Made by a program: the position numbers and the translations under genes. A stretch of DNA of 63,928 nt, the filler included, from Blastocystis sp. subtype 4 (taxonomy: Eukaryota): the NCBI RefSeq assembly GCF_000743755.1. It is 3 parts of 3 records of this genome, joined end to end, with 100 filler letters (N's around TTAATTAATTAA, not from the genome) between each part and the next. Parts side by side here need not be neighbours in the genome. Positions count along the whole stretch, not along the records: positions 21,333 to 47,326 come from NW_014569357.1; positions 47,427 to 63,928 come from NW_014569309.1; 1 more part is not named here. The stretch is one strand, 5' to 3'. Numbering within the stretch: the first letter of the stretch is position 1; every line of letters begins with the position of its first letter. This document shows, piece after piece, positions 40,025 to 51,380 of the stretch. A model generated the notes under the pieces. The model did no database searches. It was given only the letters and a program-made list of their open reading frames with translations, and was not told where the DNA came from.

Positions 40025-41809
40025 ATGGAGGAGTTAGATGACTTGAAAAGAGAATACGAAATGGATATAATAATCGGAATTCATCAAACAACTCCAATTC
40101 CTATTCCTCGAAATGCGACAATTGTCTCTTTCTTAGAAATCTAAAAGGGGAGATGGAAATAAAGGAATATCCATTGACTTGCAATCAGATTGGTCGGATT
40201 TCGATGAAGAGTGAGAGTTCGGATCTTGTGATTCTACCTGTTCAACTGAAGCCCCGAAAGCCCAACATGCTTGGTTTCTACATATTCAAAGTTACATCGG
40301 ATTTAAACAAACGATGGATCTATTGTCGAGTTGTTGAGTGGACAGCTGGAGAACGAGATTGTTATATGCCAACGGTATTTGATTCTTAACTATGATGTGA
40401 TTTCATAGTGGATGATGAATTATCTTCACATTCCTAATAACTGTGAAGCGAAATTCACCTTCGAGAAGTTTTCAATTCCAAAAGTAGTGAATTTGAAATA
40501 GTTGGATGATCTACTAGGCAACTTCAGTTGTTCTCCAGCCAACAGAAGAGATCTTTGCTTCTTATTCGTTTCTTGTTGAAATGAATGTAGGATATGTTGA
40601 TGAGATGATTGATATCCAGGTGATTCGTTCTGCTCTTCGTTCGTACACAGTATTAACAAACAACTCTCGAATCCTTTTGACAGTGGATGGACAGAAGTTC
40701 CCTGTGATTGTTCGTCTTCTGAACCCTGAAGAGAGATCCAGAATGAATAGTGGTGTGGAGGTGGTGGTGGCAAAGAATATCTATGTAAGTATCTGAAGAT
40801 GTGTTGATTGTAGCGTCAGCCAGGAGTAGAAGTGGTAGATGAGTCAAAGAGATATGAAGATTTGTGAGTGATGAAGTATTGAATGAGAGTTAGGAATATC
40901 ACTAGAGAATCAGAGATCACAGATCTGCTGGGTGGATTGTGTAGTCAGTGTTACCGTCCTCGAAATGAGTGTAAGTGTGATGAAGTGAAACCACTTTCAG
41001 AAGTAAATCGATCAGGTAAATGTGAGTGATCAGAATGAGAATAGAGACAAAAACACAAGAAGAAGAGAGTCGACAAATCGCTTTGAAAGCATTAGAAGAG
41101 CGATATTGTATGAACTGCTTCCAGGTGAAGAATGAATGCAGTTGCTCTGAAGTGGAGTTGAGATTGACTCGTACTGAAGATCCAAAGCCAGTGAAGATTG
41201 TAAGAGGAATGGATTGAATGAGAATTAGATGACACTGAGTTCAGAAGAAGAAGTGGAAGAGAGAGATTTGAAAGAAGAAGATTTTGATATTATGGGTAGA
41301 AATGAAGAGAGAGAATGAGAGATAGAGATTGTGGAGCGTGAGATGGAACAAGTGATGGAACAAAAGAAGCAAGAGAAACAACGAAAACTGGAAGAGAGAC
41401 AGAAGGAATTGGAAGCAGAAGGACATTCAACAGAACAGGCTTGTAGGAGAGAGAAGAGAGTATGAGAATAGATGAAGTAGCAGCTGCAGAAATTGAAGAG
41501 GTATCTGAAGATGATGAGGATAAAGTGATACGAGCTGAAGAAGAAGAAGAGAAACAGAATGAAAATGAAGTGGAGAGTGAGAAGTGTTTGGGAGAGAAGA
41601 TGAAAGGAGATACATTCTATTATTGGCCAATTCTACCTGAAGAGTTATGTAGACGATGGGAAGTGAAGAAGGCAACAATGTGAGAGAGAAGAGAATGAAT
41701 GATGAATAGGATTCCACCTCCTCCTCCTGATGTAAGTGAGAAGGATGATAAAAGACGATTAGCAAAGAAGAACAGTTTGATTTGGACATTGTTCAAGAGA
41801 CGAGATTAG
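40025..41809 (+). CDS. Divergent UFD1-domain protein with Cys-rich repeats and acidic tail
   Basis: SDLVILP...FKVTS...IYCRVVEWTAGERDCYMPT|WMMNYL...VVLQP...IRSALRSYTVLT follows the UFD1 UT3 domain. Ends approximate. Confidence 0.7.
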
Positions 41810-41853
41810 TTATTGTATGTGTGTGTTCTTTGATTGTTTGGAACAAAGAATCA

Positions 41854-44800
41854 AAAGAGGACGAACTGTGATGTGATTATGTGAATGATTAAGAACATCA
41901 TTATATAGGGCCGAACTACTAGAATACCAATACATCGAAACAGAGGAGAATGTGGAAAAACCAGGATTCACCAAATGAATATCTTCTGAAACATTCTTTG
42001 TTACCTGAACTATTCCACAGTATTTCAACGTATTTGATGAAGATGAATCCATAAAGATCAATTGTTGAAGATGTGGTAATCCTATTCAATCATCTTTCAT
42101 CATCTCAATAACCTCCCAATGCCAAACGATTCTTATACTCCCTTTTACGACGAATATTGTTAATGTCTCCTTGAATGGAATCCATTCCAAATACCACTTC
42201 TTGTAATGATGTCAGTTCTATTCGTCATTATCAATCATTTCAGATACGTTTTAGACTCAGAAGTTTTACTGTGGGGAATGAGTTATTCCCAAAGATGATC
42301 GTCTGAAGAGCAGGCAAGTCTATTGATTAGTTCTATTCTCCAGTTCTACTCTTCAAATCACATTTGGATGCCTTCAAGAAGTTATTTGAGTTGGTTTGAA
42401 GTCCACCAATCATCAGATGTGTTAATCGGTTTAGTTCTATTCATCAATTCATTCTCTTGTATTCACTCGAAAGGGTGAAACTGGAATAGAGAACAAAGGC
42501 ATTTGGTGATATCACAAGAGTTGTTAGATTAGGGCAGTTACTACACAAGAAGCAGGTATACTCTTCTTCATCCTCATCTTCATCTTCATCATAGTCATCA
42601 TAGTCATCATCTTCATCATCATCTTCATCATAATCATCATCTTCATCATCATCTTCATCATCATAATTATCATCCTCTTCATAGTCTTCATATTCATTCT
42701 GTTTAGTACGATCATTCTTCCAATAAGGAGGAGTGAAAGAACCTTCACCAATGACTACACTCTTCAGAACTGGGAGATTGCTCAACTGAAATACTGTCAC
42801 ATTCTTGAAACAATCAGATCCAATACTAATGGTTCGAAGACAAACCAATGATGTAATAGATAACTGAGTTTGATTGAAATCACTCAAACTATTATTGGCA
42901 ATCATCAGATGTTCCAGAGTACTATTCCATCCATCATATATACTCTCATCAATGAATTCAAGAGGTTCTAATGATTTCAGATTTCGTTGAGACTTCAACA
43001 GTTGATATTCTCCACAATCTATTCTCATACTCATTATCAATCCATACTCACTAAATCCAATCGAATATGTTGAAGACTAGGTCGAATCAAATCCCACTCA
43101 TTCAGTTTCAAATGAGGAGTATCTATTCTTCATTTCATATTCATTCTTCTACTATGAATACTCAATACTCTAAACTTATCAAGAGAAGTACTATTCAAAT
43201 CACAACCCAAATCAAGAGATGTTAGAGAGTTACAGTCTATTCTTCATTCATTCTTCTATCCTTTACTACTAATACTGAAAGAAGACTCTAAACCCATCCC
43301 ACAACAACTGTTCTTCTGTAATACAATAGAACTAAGACGAGGATTGGCTACAAATCATTTCTCTTTCTCTATCAATCACCTTCAATCTTCACATTTATCA
43401 GATTTGGAAATGAATTCTCAGGAAACTCCAAATACTCGAACATTTCACATTGAGAAAGAGAGAATGAAGAACAGTTATGGAAACAATCACAGCCAATCTT
43501 GAATGACACAAGGTTCAACAAGCGAGATAATTCAATCGTCTTTATATCACTGAAACAAGAAGAATCGATTGTAAGACTAATCAATTGTGGACAGTTCCAC
43601 ACACGAAACTCTCCATATCCACTTCCTTTCTCAGGTATGAAACACTTTGACTTGATTAGAACCGTTCTCAACACAGGCATGTTTGTAAGAATCAGAGAAG
43701 AACTCGATTGAAGACAACATGATCCAATTGAAAGCAGTTGAAGCTTGGTACACACAGAGAAGACACTGGGAGCAATTGAAACATACTGACAACTCCCATC
43801 TTTCATAATTGCTCTATTCGCATATCTCTTCAACATGAATGATTGATCAGAAGACTCGAGAATCTGATTGAACTCAAACGAAGGAAGATTCATTTTGACT
43901 TCATCCCGTTGTTGTTCCTTGAGTCTTAACCACATTCTGAAGACTCTTTGGACCCAATTTGAGTTTGACAGAATCATTCAGTTGTGAGAACATCACTTCA
44001 TTGAATACACTACAGTTAGGATTGGTTGAACTCTCAATGATAATCTCTTTGATTCTTGGAAGACCTACATTCAATCACTTGACTATGAATACCTGAAAGA
44101 CGAAACAAAGAGGAAGTGGATGAAGGACTACAGAATGCATCCAGAATAGTAAGAGAATAAAGTGACTTCATTTCTAATTGACAGAAAAGAAACAGAAATA
44201 CNNNNNNNNNNNNNNNNNNNNNNNNNNNNNNNNNATGGAAGGCAATTCTAAGGGATCAACTGACAACAGTTCTTACTCTCCAATGTCAATGATTTAGATC
44301 TACCAAATGAAATCGAAGATGAATCAGTTTCCTTCAGATTCAAGGAAGTCAATGCATTCAATTCTATGTCATCATATCTCTGAATTGATACTAGATAGAC
44401 TCAGTTTATCTCCATTCATAAAGGAACTAGAATGAATAGTAATAGATTTCAGTTGAGGACATGAACTGATAGTACAACAACCTAGACTTCCAGTTTGACA
44501 GAATGTATTCTGTCTTAGAATTACTTCTTCTAACATCTTTTGATTCTGAAGGGAGAGATTAGGTGTTAATGCAAAACTACAAGGACCAAAATCGATCTTC
44601 TTTAAAGAAGGAAGTTGATAGAACAACAATGTTGGTGTAGNNNNNNNGATTTGAATATCAACAGTTCAAGCATTGGTAATTGTTGGAGTACTGGATGATC
44701 AAAACTGAAGAAACAAAACTCTTCGAATATACACTCTGTAAGAAGAGGAACTGAACTAATAGAACATTGAGCTAATGAGAGCTCTTGATCACTGAAACAG

Positions 44801-47237
44801 TTAGATCCAATATGCAAAGTGAGACATACTGGGAGGTCATGAATTGTAAACTGAGTGAAGTGAGTGAAACAATGAGAACCAATTGAAAGAGTCTTCAATT
44901 GAGGAAGATGATTCAGTTTGAACAATCCACCAGAAGGACATTTTCCTTTGAACGAATCATTACTGATCTCAATTGTATGAAGGAATGGCCTGTTCTCAAT
45001 AATGAATGAAGTCATATATGAACAGCTTCCAGGACCAATTGTAATCGTTCTTAGATACTCATAAGAGTTCCAAGGAATTGAGTCCAGAAAACTCAACGTT
45101 GATGATGATTGGATTGATACAGAGGTATAATATTTAATCGACAGAGACTGTGTGGATTGTGTGAGTGGATATGAAACAGATGGACAGTGTTTCACAAAGA
45201 GTTCAGGCAAACCATTATCTGTATCTAAAGTTAGCTCTTTGATATCACAGAATACATAACCAACATTCATTTTCATTCCCTCTACAGTCAATTGAGGCAC
45301 ATCTAGGTCTCATTTTTCATTCTATTCTACTTATTATTCTGACTTGTTCAGTCTTGATGAATGGATGAGCTTCTGGAAGGGAAGATAGAGTTGTAAATGA
45401 AGGAAGATCTATCAATAGAATGATATATCAAAAGATACCAGAAATCACAAGAGAACCATTTGCTCTACAGAAACACTTGTCACTAATAACACATTCTTGT
45501 AACAGATTATTCGACTGAAGAGTCAAAGAAGCATTAGGAAATGAACTAACTCCAAAAACAATCTTTTGAAGTGAAGGAAGATGATGAAAGGAGAGATTGG
45601 ATACATATTTGAATGAATACTCACTTGAATCAAGAAGGAGAAACACTTGAAGTCGAGGACAATCTAGAGAATGAGAAGAATGTATCTAACTCACTTATCA
45701 CATTGATTGAACTGTAATCCTGGAATGAATCACCTCCTATTGTAACAGTGATCAAATGAGGACAATCAATGAGTTGAAACTGTCCATCTTCCTGATTATT
45801 TGATTCTCGATGATGATTGAAACAATTGTTACCAATTTGAATGTTCTTCAACACAGGAACAGATTTCACAATAAACGAACTCTGATTCGCCATAGAACAA
45901 TCATCAAGAATCAAAGATTCTAGTTTCATCAGAATTGATAGATCCCAATCAATCATGAAGTCAAACTCTTGATCATTATGAATATGTATTTGTGAGACTG
46001 ATACAATGGATTCAGAACTAGTAAGATTGATTACACGAAGAAAAGGTTTCATTCGATTCCATGATGTTAAGAATGGTGAGATTGTGACAGGAGAAACAGA
46101 TTGTCTCAAATCATAACCAGATTTGATTTCAGGAAATGGACTCTTTGCAAATGCCAAATCAAAATAGGTGCTGGGGATAAAGAGTTGATTCAGGACACTA
46201 TATTCATTCTTCTGTGAAGAATTACTAAACCAAGAGAGTATAGGATTCATTGGGGCGAAGGAGAATACATTGTAGGTACGAAATCCATATTGAAATGTAC
46301 CATTCTTACAATGACAAGTACAAAACTGAAGCCCATCTTTATCATATATGACTCCATCTCCATCAGGTTCATCATCACTCCAGAATCCTTCATACTTCAC
46401 TTTACCATTATGATAATATAATCTTCCATATCCTTGACGTTTTCCATATCTCATTGTTCCATTGTAGTATCTGCTTCCATTCAAGAATTGTGTTCCCTCT
46501 CCATGCATCACAAACCAAATAGAACTCAGACTACAATACTGACCAGCATAAGTCACCTCCTTAGATTCATTAAAACAGGTCATTCTATCACCAGTGAATC
46601 GTTTCAAGGTATAGAGGAAATGATCCTCCTTCCATAGCTCAACATTTGACAATTGTCCACGTTGATAGTTTATTACAAATCCACTTCTCTTGAGTTCCGA
46701 AGATACCATAATCTTTGATAGAAGAACTACAGGATCATATTCAAGGAGAATAGTTCTATCATAATATTGCTCAATTGAATAGTAAAGAGGACTATTGTCT
46801 CGAAATACAACTAACTGAGGAGAATCATCGAGAGTCACTCGAATCAGTGCTTTACCATAACGGACACCATCCTTATATTTTCCATCAAATACTTCAGTTC
46901 CACAACAATACTCATGGAAATAACCCATTCTTTGTCCTTTTTGCCATCTTCCTTCACATACAAGAGTGTTACATACCCAAACACTGCAAATCCCATCCAG
47001 CAACCCATTATCAAAAGAAAGATTAAACACCACACGATTGTCAGTACTCTTTAAAACACAATCACATGAATCTTGTGTCAAATTGAATAAAGGAGTCACA
47101 TCAATCTTAATAGAATTATCTGCAAAACATAATTCATTCCCATTCGTAAGAAGAGGAATATCTGACGAAGATAGTTTTATCTCTCCCACAGTCTGAAAGA
47201 TATCTCCATTGAAAACAAGATTCTTCAGTATATCCAT
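41854..47237 (-). CDS. Large MORN-repeat plus BspA-type (LRR_5-like) leucine-rich repeat protein; may be more than one gene; contains small N gaps
   Basis: N-terminal MORN-like repeats (YYNGTMRYGKRQGYGRLYYHNGKVKYEGFWSDDEPDGDG). Many LPxLxxIxIGxxCF repeats. Asp/Glu tract at ~42560-42700. Confidence 0.7.
42560..42700. repeat. TCA/TCT-rich coding microsatellite encoding a poly-Asp/Glu tract
   Basis: Runs of tcatcatcttca; minus-strand translation EDDNYDDEDDDEDDDYDEDDDEDD. Confidence 0.85.
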
Positions 47238-47326
47238 CGGAATAACTCATATGGAGTAAGGAGACGAAATGACTGAAAACACGTCATAAATCCTATCGAT
47301 TTTGGTCCGTAATGAACAATTTGATA

Positions 47327-47426
47327 NNNNNNNNNNNNNNNNNNNNNNNNNNNNNNNNNNNNNNNNNNNNTTAATTAATTAANNNNNNNNNNNNNNNNNN
47401 NNNNNNNNNNNNNNNNNNNNNNNNNN
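47327..47426. other. Artificial contig-join spacer (N44-TTAATTAATTAA-N44)
   Basis: Same 100-bp structure as 21233-21332. Confidence 0.95.
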
Positions 47427-47427
47427 C

Positions 47428-47547
47428 ACTCTGGGTGATCTTTCTGCCAAGTTCGGTTGGAAGCATGCTGATCTGATCAAGCGTATGGAGGCTAAGAGAC
47501 TGGCTGAGGCTAGTGAGTACTACAAAAACAAGAAGACTTCTGCCTAA
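47428..47547 (+). CDS. RPL13A: 60S ribosomal protein L13a (uL13), C-terminal fragment truncated by gap
   Basis: TLGDLSAKFGWKHADLIKRMEAKRLAEASEYYKNKK; TGTTTGTT at 47577. Confidence 0.8.
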   Translation, partial: TLGDLSAKFGWKHADLIKRMEAKRLAEASEYYKNKKTSA

Positions 47548-47590
47548 GTGGAATCTGGGTTTTGTCACACTTGGATTGTTTGTTGATAAA

Positions 47591-47683
47591 ATGAGTCAGA
47601 TTCTGCTGAAGGGAAAGGTTGCATGTATCACTGGTGCTTCTAGAGGGATTGGAGCTGAAATTCACCTTAGTCATTGCCTTTGA
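47591..47683 (+). pseudogene. Short-chain dehydrogenase/reductase N-terminal remnant
   Basis: MSQILLKGKVACITGASRGIGAEI (TGxxxGIG Rossmann motif), then a stop after 30 codons; next gene starts ~90 bp later. Confidence 0.65.
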
Positions 47684-47774
47684 TTGAAACTATCGTCTAA
47701 CAACAATCACTCTACTTTGGCTGCAACAATACTGTTGAAGACTTGGATCTCAAATACATAATTCTATCTCGATC

Positions 47775-48769
47775 ATGTTCTCTCTTTCTCGCTCCTTGGT
47801 TATCGGAAGACGATGGATGGCTACGACAAAAGCAAGCAAACCTATCGAACAGGGAGTGAAAACAACCTATGATGCTGGGAAAGAACTGGAGGAGAGAGTT
47901 GCTCGAATGTTAAAGAAACGTGGACATTGGTGTATCAAACAGAATCAGCGTGTAAAGGACAGAAACGGTAATTGGTCAGAGTTTGATATTGTTTATGGCT
48001 GGCCTATTAAACATTATGTGGAGTGTAAGAATTATTCACAGCCAGTGAAGTTGGAAATGGTTGCCAAGTTCAAGGAAGTCTTGCGACTTCACAGGATTCC
48101 AAAGTCTCGTGGTCTCTTTGTCACCACATCTACATATACTCCACGAGCAACAACTATTGGAATTACGTGTATTGATGGGGCTGGCTTGGAGCGTCTCGAA
48201 AAGACTGCAGGAACGGCACTTATGATAAAGTTACTGATCCTTTTGATTTGTGGAGCTGGCGGTTATGGCCTTTACTACTATTGTAGGTGTGCTTGCACTA
48301 ATGTGAAGGATAGTGACAACTTCGGACTCTGAAAAAGTTGTCCAGTGGAGAAACAAATTGGATGACCCTAGTATTCACAAGGTGAAGGAAGATTTGGTAT
48401 CGAGTACCACAGAAATCGTTTCTAGCGCATCCAATATTATTTCCAGTGCTGGTGAAGCCATTTCCAATGCAAGCGAAGTAGTCTCGAATTCTTCGGACTT
48501 GGCCTCAACAGCTTCTGAAGTCGCTTCTATTGCTTCTGATTTTGTTTCCAGTGCAAGTGAAATAGTTTCCGACGTCAAAGATACTGTAAAGAATAAAATC
48601 ACAGATTCCGATTCCTCCAATCCAACAGATGAGATATGGGAGGTTCCTAGTCTCGATCACATTGTAAGGAGTATCTTATATGAATTGCTTGGTTTTCAAC
48701 AAAGATGGGATTTGTATGTTTACTCAGATTAACTATTCACTATTGGAGATCTATAGATGTGATACATAA
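47775..48769 (+). CDS. Mrr-type PD-(D/E)xK restriction-endonuclease-domain protein with predicted mitochondrial presequence and TM helix
   Basis: GKELEERVARML, EFDIV, VECKNYSQPV, GLFVTTSTYTPRA, ITCIDG. Intron 48283-48313 joins a Ser/Ala heptad-repeat exon. 3' end uncertain. Confidence 0.75.
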
Positions 48770-49101
48770 CGTCTAATATCAGTATTTCAACGAGACTAAA
48801 AGTACTCGTGAGACTGTAGTACACAGCGACTCTATCCCAAAACAGACTTGGTCGCAGACGCTAAAGTTCTTACATAGAATCAAAATCCCATGACACTGGA
48901 TTCAAAGACCTTTGAAGTTCGCAGATAATAATGGAATTCCCGCGATACATACTGGGATTGTTTTACCATTTTCAGACTCAGTCAGCGTGGAAGATTGGCG
49001 CTTTTTCTTTGTACACCATTGTTAATTTAAATGTTATCCACAGATCTAACAATTGTTGATTATGCAGCCTCTGTCGTCTTCCACTCGCAGGTTCTTCTAT
49101 A

Positions 49102-51006
49102 ATGTGTAATAGTGTAGTGGCAGAACAATGCAATGGTCAACCTCTGAAGAATTCTTTGCAACTGGGATCTCAATTAAACGCGAATCCTACCTCCCTAAAA
49201 GAAAATCCAGACCAAGCATGTCATTTTAAATTCGCTTCTACTCCTTCTGTTCCAACCATTATGCATCAAGCCAGACTGGCTGTGGAACCCATGATACATC
49301 CCGTGATTGTTGGCAACATGGCTTATAGACAAATCCCTGTGAACTGTACTAGTATGTCATATCCAGCAATGCACTTTTATCCTACTAAACCTGTTTCTGA
49401 TTCAGGGAAACAGATCAACACCTCTTACTATCCTCCTACTCTTGTGACACCCTATGTTCCTCTTGCCTATCAAAGCACGACAACACTTCAACAGGGTGTC
49501 GCCTGTGAACCCCTTCAAGTTGTCCCTATGGTGTATCAACCTTATCCTGTAATGATTGGACCCATTGTGACGCCTTTTGTAGCTATGAAGTCGGAGTCAC
49601 CTAATCTCAAGCATTATTTTTTAGATTCTGAATCGGGTCCCAAGGCCAAACGATTGCATCTCTCCTCTCAGACTCCAGAAGCCGAGTCTAACGAAGGATC
49701 GCTAGAGAATGCAGTTCAAATTCTCTGCCAACTACATGAAAAGAAACAGGACTCGACAGTGTTCTCAGATACGGCGGCTAAACAGAAGCCTTCTTCTTAT
49801 CCGCCAGTCTCGAATACTCCTACTCTCTCTCCATATGCTGGTCGTAGCTATGGTCATGCTCTCTGTTCGTACTGCCATAAACGTAACCCCCTTCGTTCGC
49901 AGTTGCCCCCTCCCATCATGCATTGCTATTGTTGTGGTAGGATATTCCAAGTATATCGTCGTTTCCTTCATGGCTATCGAGGTCCCATGGATGACGATGA
50001 GTCCTGGGAGTTGCCATGTCTCCGTGGTCTTACAAATGTGGAAGAGCGAACGGCCCAATTGAATGCCTATGTAGAGGCAGTGCTGATCGGCCGTCGCTGT
50101 AACATCAGTGCATATGTGAGGGACATACAACGAATGGTAAATGCACTTGTGTCAAAAGTGGATCGAATGGTCACACGAGAGAGGAAACATGCCGAAGAAG
50201 AGTGTTCACTGCTGATGGACTCCTTGCTAGTGCGTGTTGAACAGTATGTGAGAGGCGAACTATATTGTCAATGTCTGCAGCCCGCATTCCCTCAGCGCCA
50301 CTTCATTCAATGTGATGTCTGTGATCTCTGGTTCCACACTTCATGTGTAAATATTGATAGTCGCAAGCTGGCTACTATCTCATCATTTGTTTGTCCTTGG
50401 TGCTTACAGGCCGGTCCTCGTCCGTCCAATAATGACGACGTCACACCTGCAGAAGTATGTTGTGTGTGCCCATTATGTGATCGTTCTTTCCCTCGTCCTT
50501 GTAATTTGTCTCGTCATCTCCATGCGAAGCATAACATGAAATGGAATACACACATCCAATTACATATGAATGTGGATGATTATCTGGAGCAGGAAAAGGT
50601 CTCCACAACGGAATTCACACCTATCGATCGGCCTCTCCGACAGATCTGTGAAGGGTGCTTTGCTGCTGAGAATTCTGACCAATTTGAGATGACCAAGTCA
50701 CAGTATCGATTCCTTCTCCGTAAGATTCGTACAAAACCATCTCCTTGGTGGATCAAGCAAGAAGTACGTATTTGGGACTTCAAGAAACAGTGCCTTGTTC
50801 CTGGATTTATAAAGTGTATTCGACCTCGAAGCGAGTTTTGTATCAAGTTGGAAGATGAATCTATTATTCACATTGCTAACATTTACGATCCAAAATATAG
50901 AATTCGTTTACTCATTCTCAATGGCTGTTTTGAATTGGAACTCTACCATGCACTTCCTACACCGCATCAACATGCTCTAGCTACCGATTTGAGATTCTTT
51001 TCATAA
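49102..51006 (+). CDS. PHD-finger plus C2H2 zinc-finger chromatin protein
   Basis: LYCQCLQP...FIQCDVCDLWFHTSCV...FVCPWC (PHD) and CPLCDRSFPRPCNLSRHLHAKH (C2H2). TGTTTGTT at 51015. A small upstream exon is possible. Confidence 0.85.
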   Translation: MCNSVVAEQCNGQPLKNSLQLGSQLNANPTSLKENPDQACHFKFASTPSVPTIMHQARLAVEPMIHPVIVGNMAYRQIPVNCTSMSYPAMHFYPTKPVSDSGKQINTSYYPPTLVTPYVPLAYQSTTTLQQGVACEPLQVVPMVYQPYPVMIGPIVTPFVAMKSESPNLKHYFLDSESGPKAKRLHLSSQTPEAESNEGSLENAVQILCQLHEKKQDSTVFSDTAAKQKPSSYPPVSNTPTLSPYAGRSYGHALCSYCHKRNPLRSQLPPPIMHCYCCGRIFQVYRRFLHGYRGPMDDDESWELPCLRGLTNVEERTAQLNAYVEAVLIGRRCNISAYVRDIQRMVNALVSKVDRMVTRERKHAEEECSLLMDSLLVRVEQYVRGELYCQCLQPAFPQRHFIQCDVCDLWFHTSCVNIDSRKLATISSFVCPWCLQAGPRPSNNDDVTPAEVCCVCPLCDRSFPRPCNLSRHLHAKHNMKWNTHIQLHMNVDDYLEQEKVSTTEFTPIDRPLRQICEGCFAAENSDQFEMTKSQYRFLLRKIRTKPSPWWIKQEVRIWDFKKQCLVPGFIKCIRPRSEFCIKLEDESIIHIANIYDPKYRIRLLILNGCFELELYHALPTPHQHALATDLRFFS

Positions 51007-51380
51007 ACAGATTCTGTTTGTTGAAAGAATGAAAGTGTAGATGACTTGTGTTTGTTTCAGAATGATTAAACATATAAGTATGAATGGTACTTCTAGGAGT
51101 CAGGCATATAATTCATAGATGGGATGGATACTCCTTGAACTAGACTTATACTTGCAAAATGCATACAGTTGGTATTGGGTATCTCTTCAATTCAACCAAC
51201 ACTGCACGAATTGCATTTAACATTAGATAAAACTCAAGTAACTAGCAGTTTTAGATCGATGTTAGCAGGAGATTACGTTGGAAAACCGCGGGACTACTGT
51301 ATTGGATAACATAGTTTAGTTGTACAGATAAGAGAACTGATTGCATATGACATTCAAAGAGAGAGTTCTCATTTTATCAA

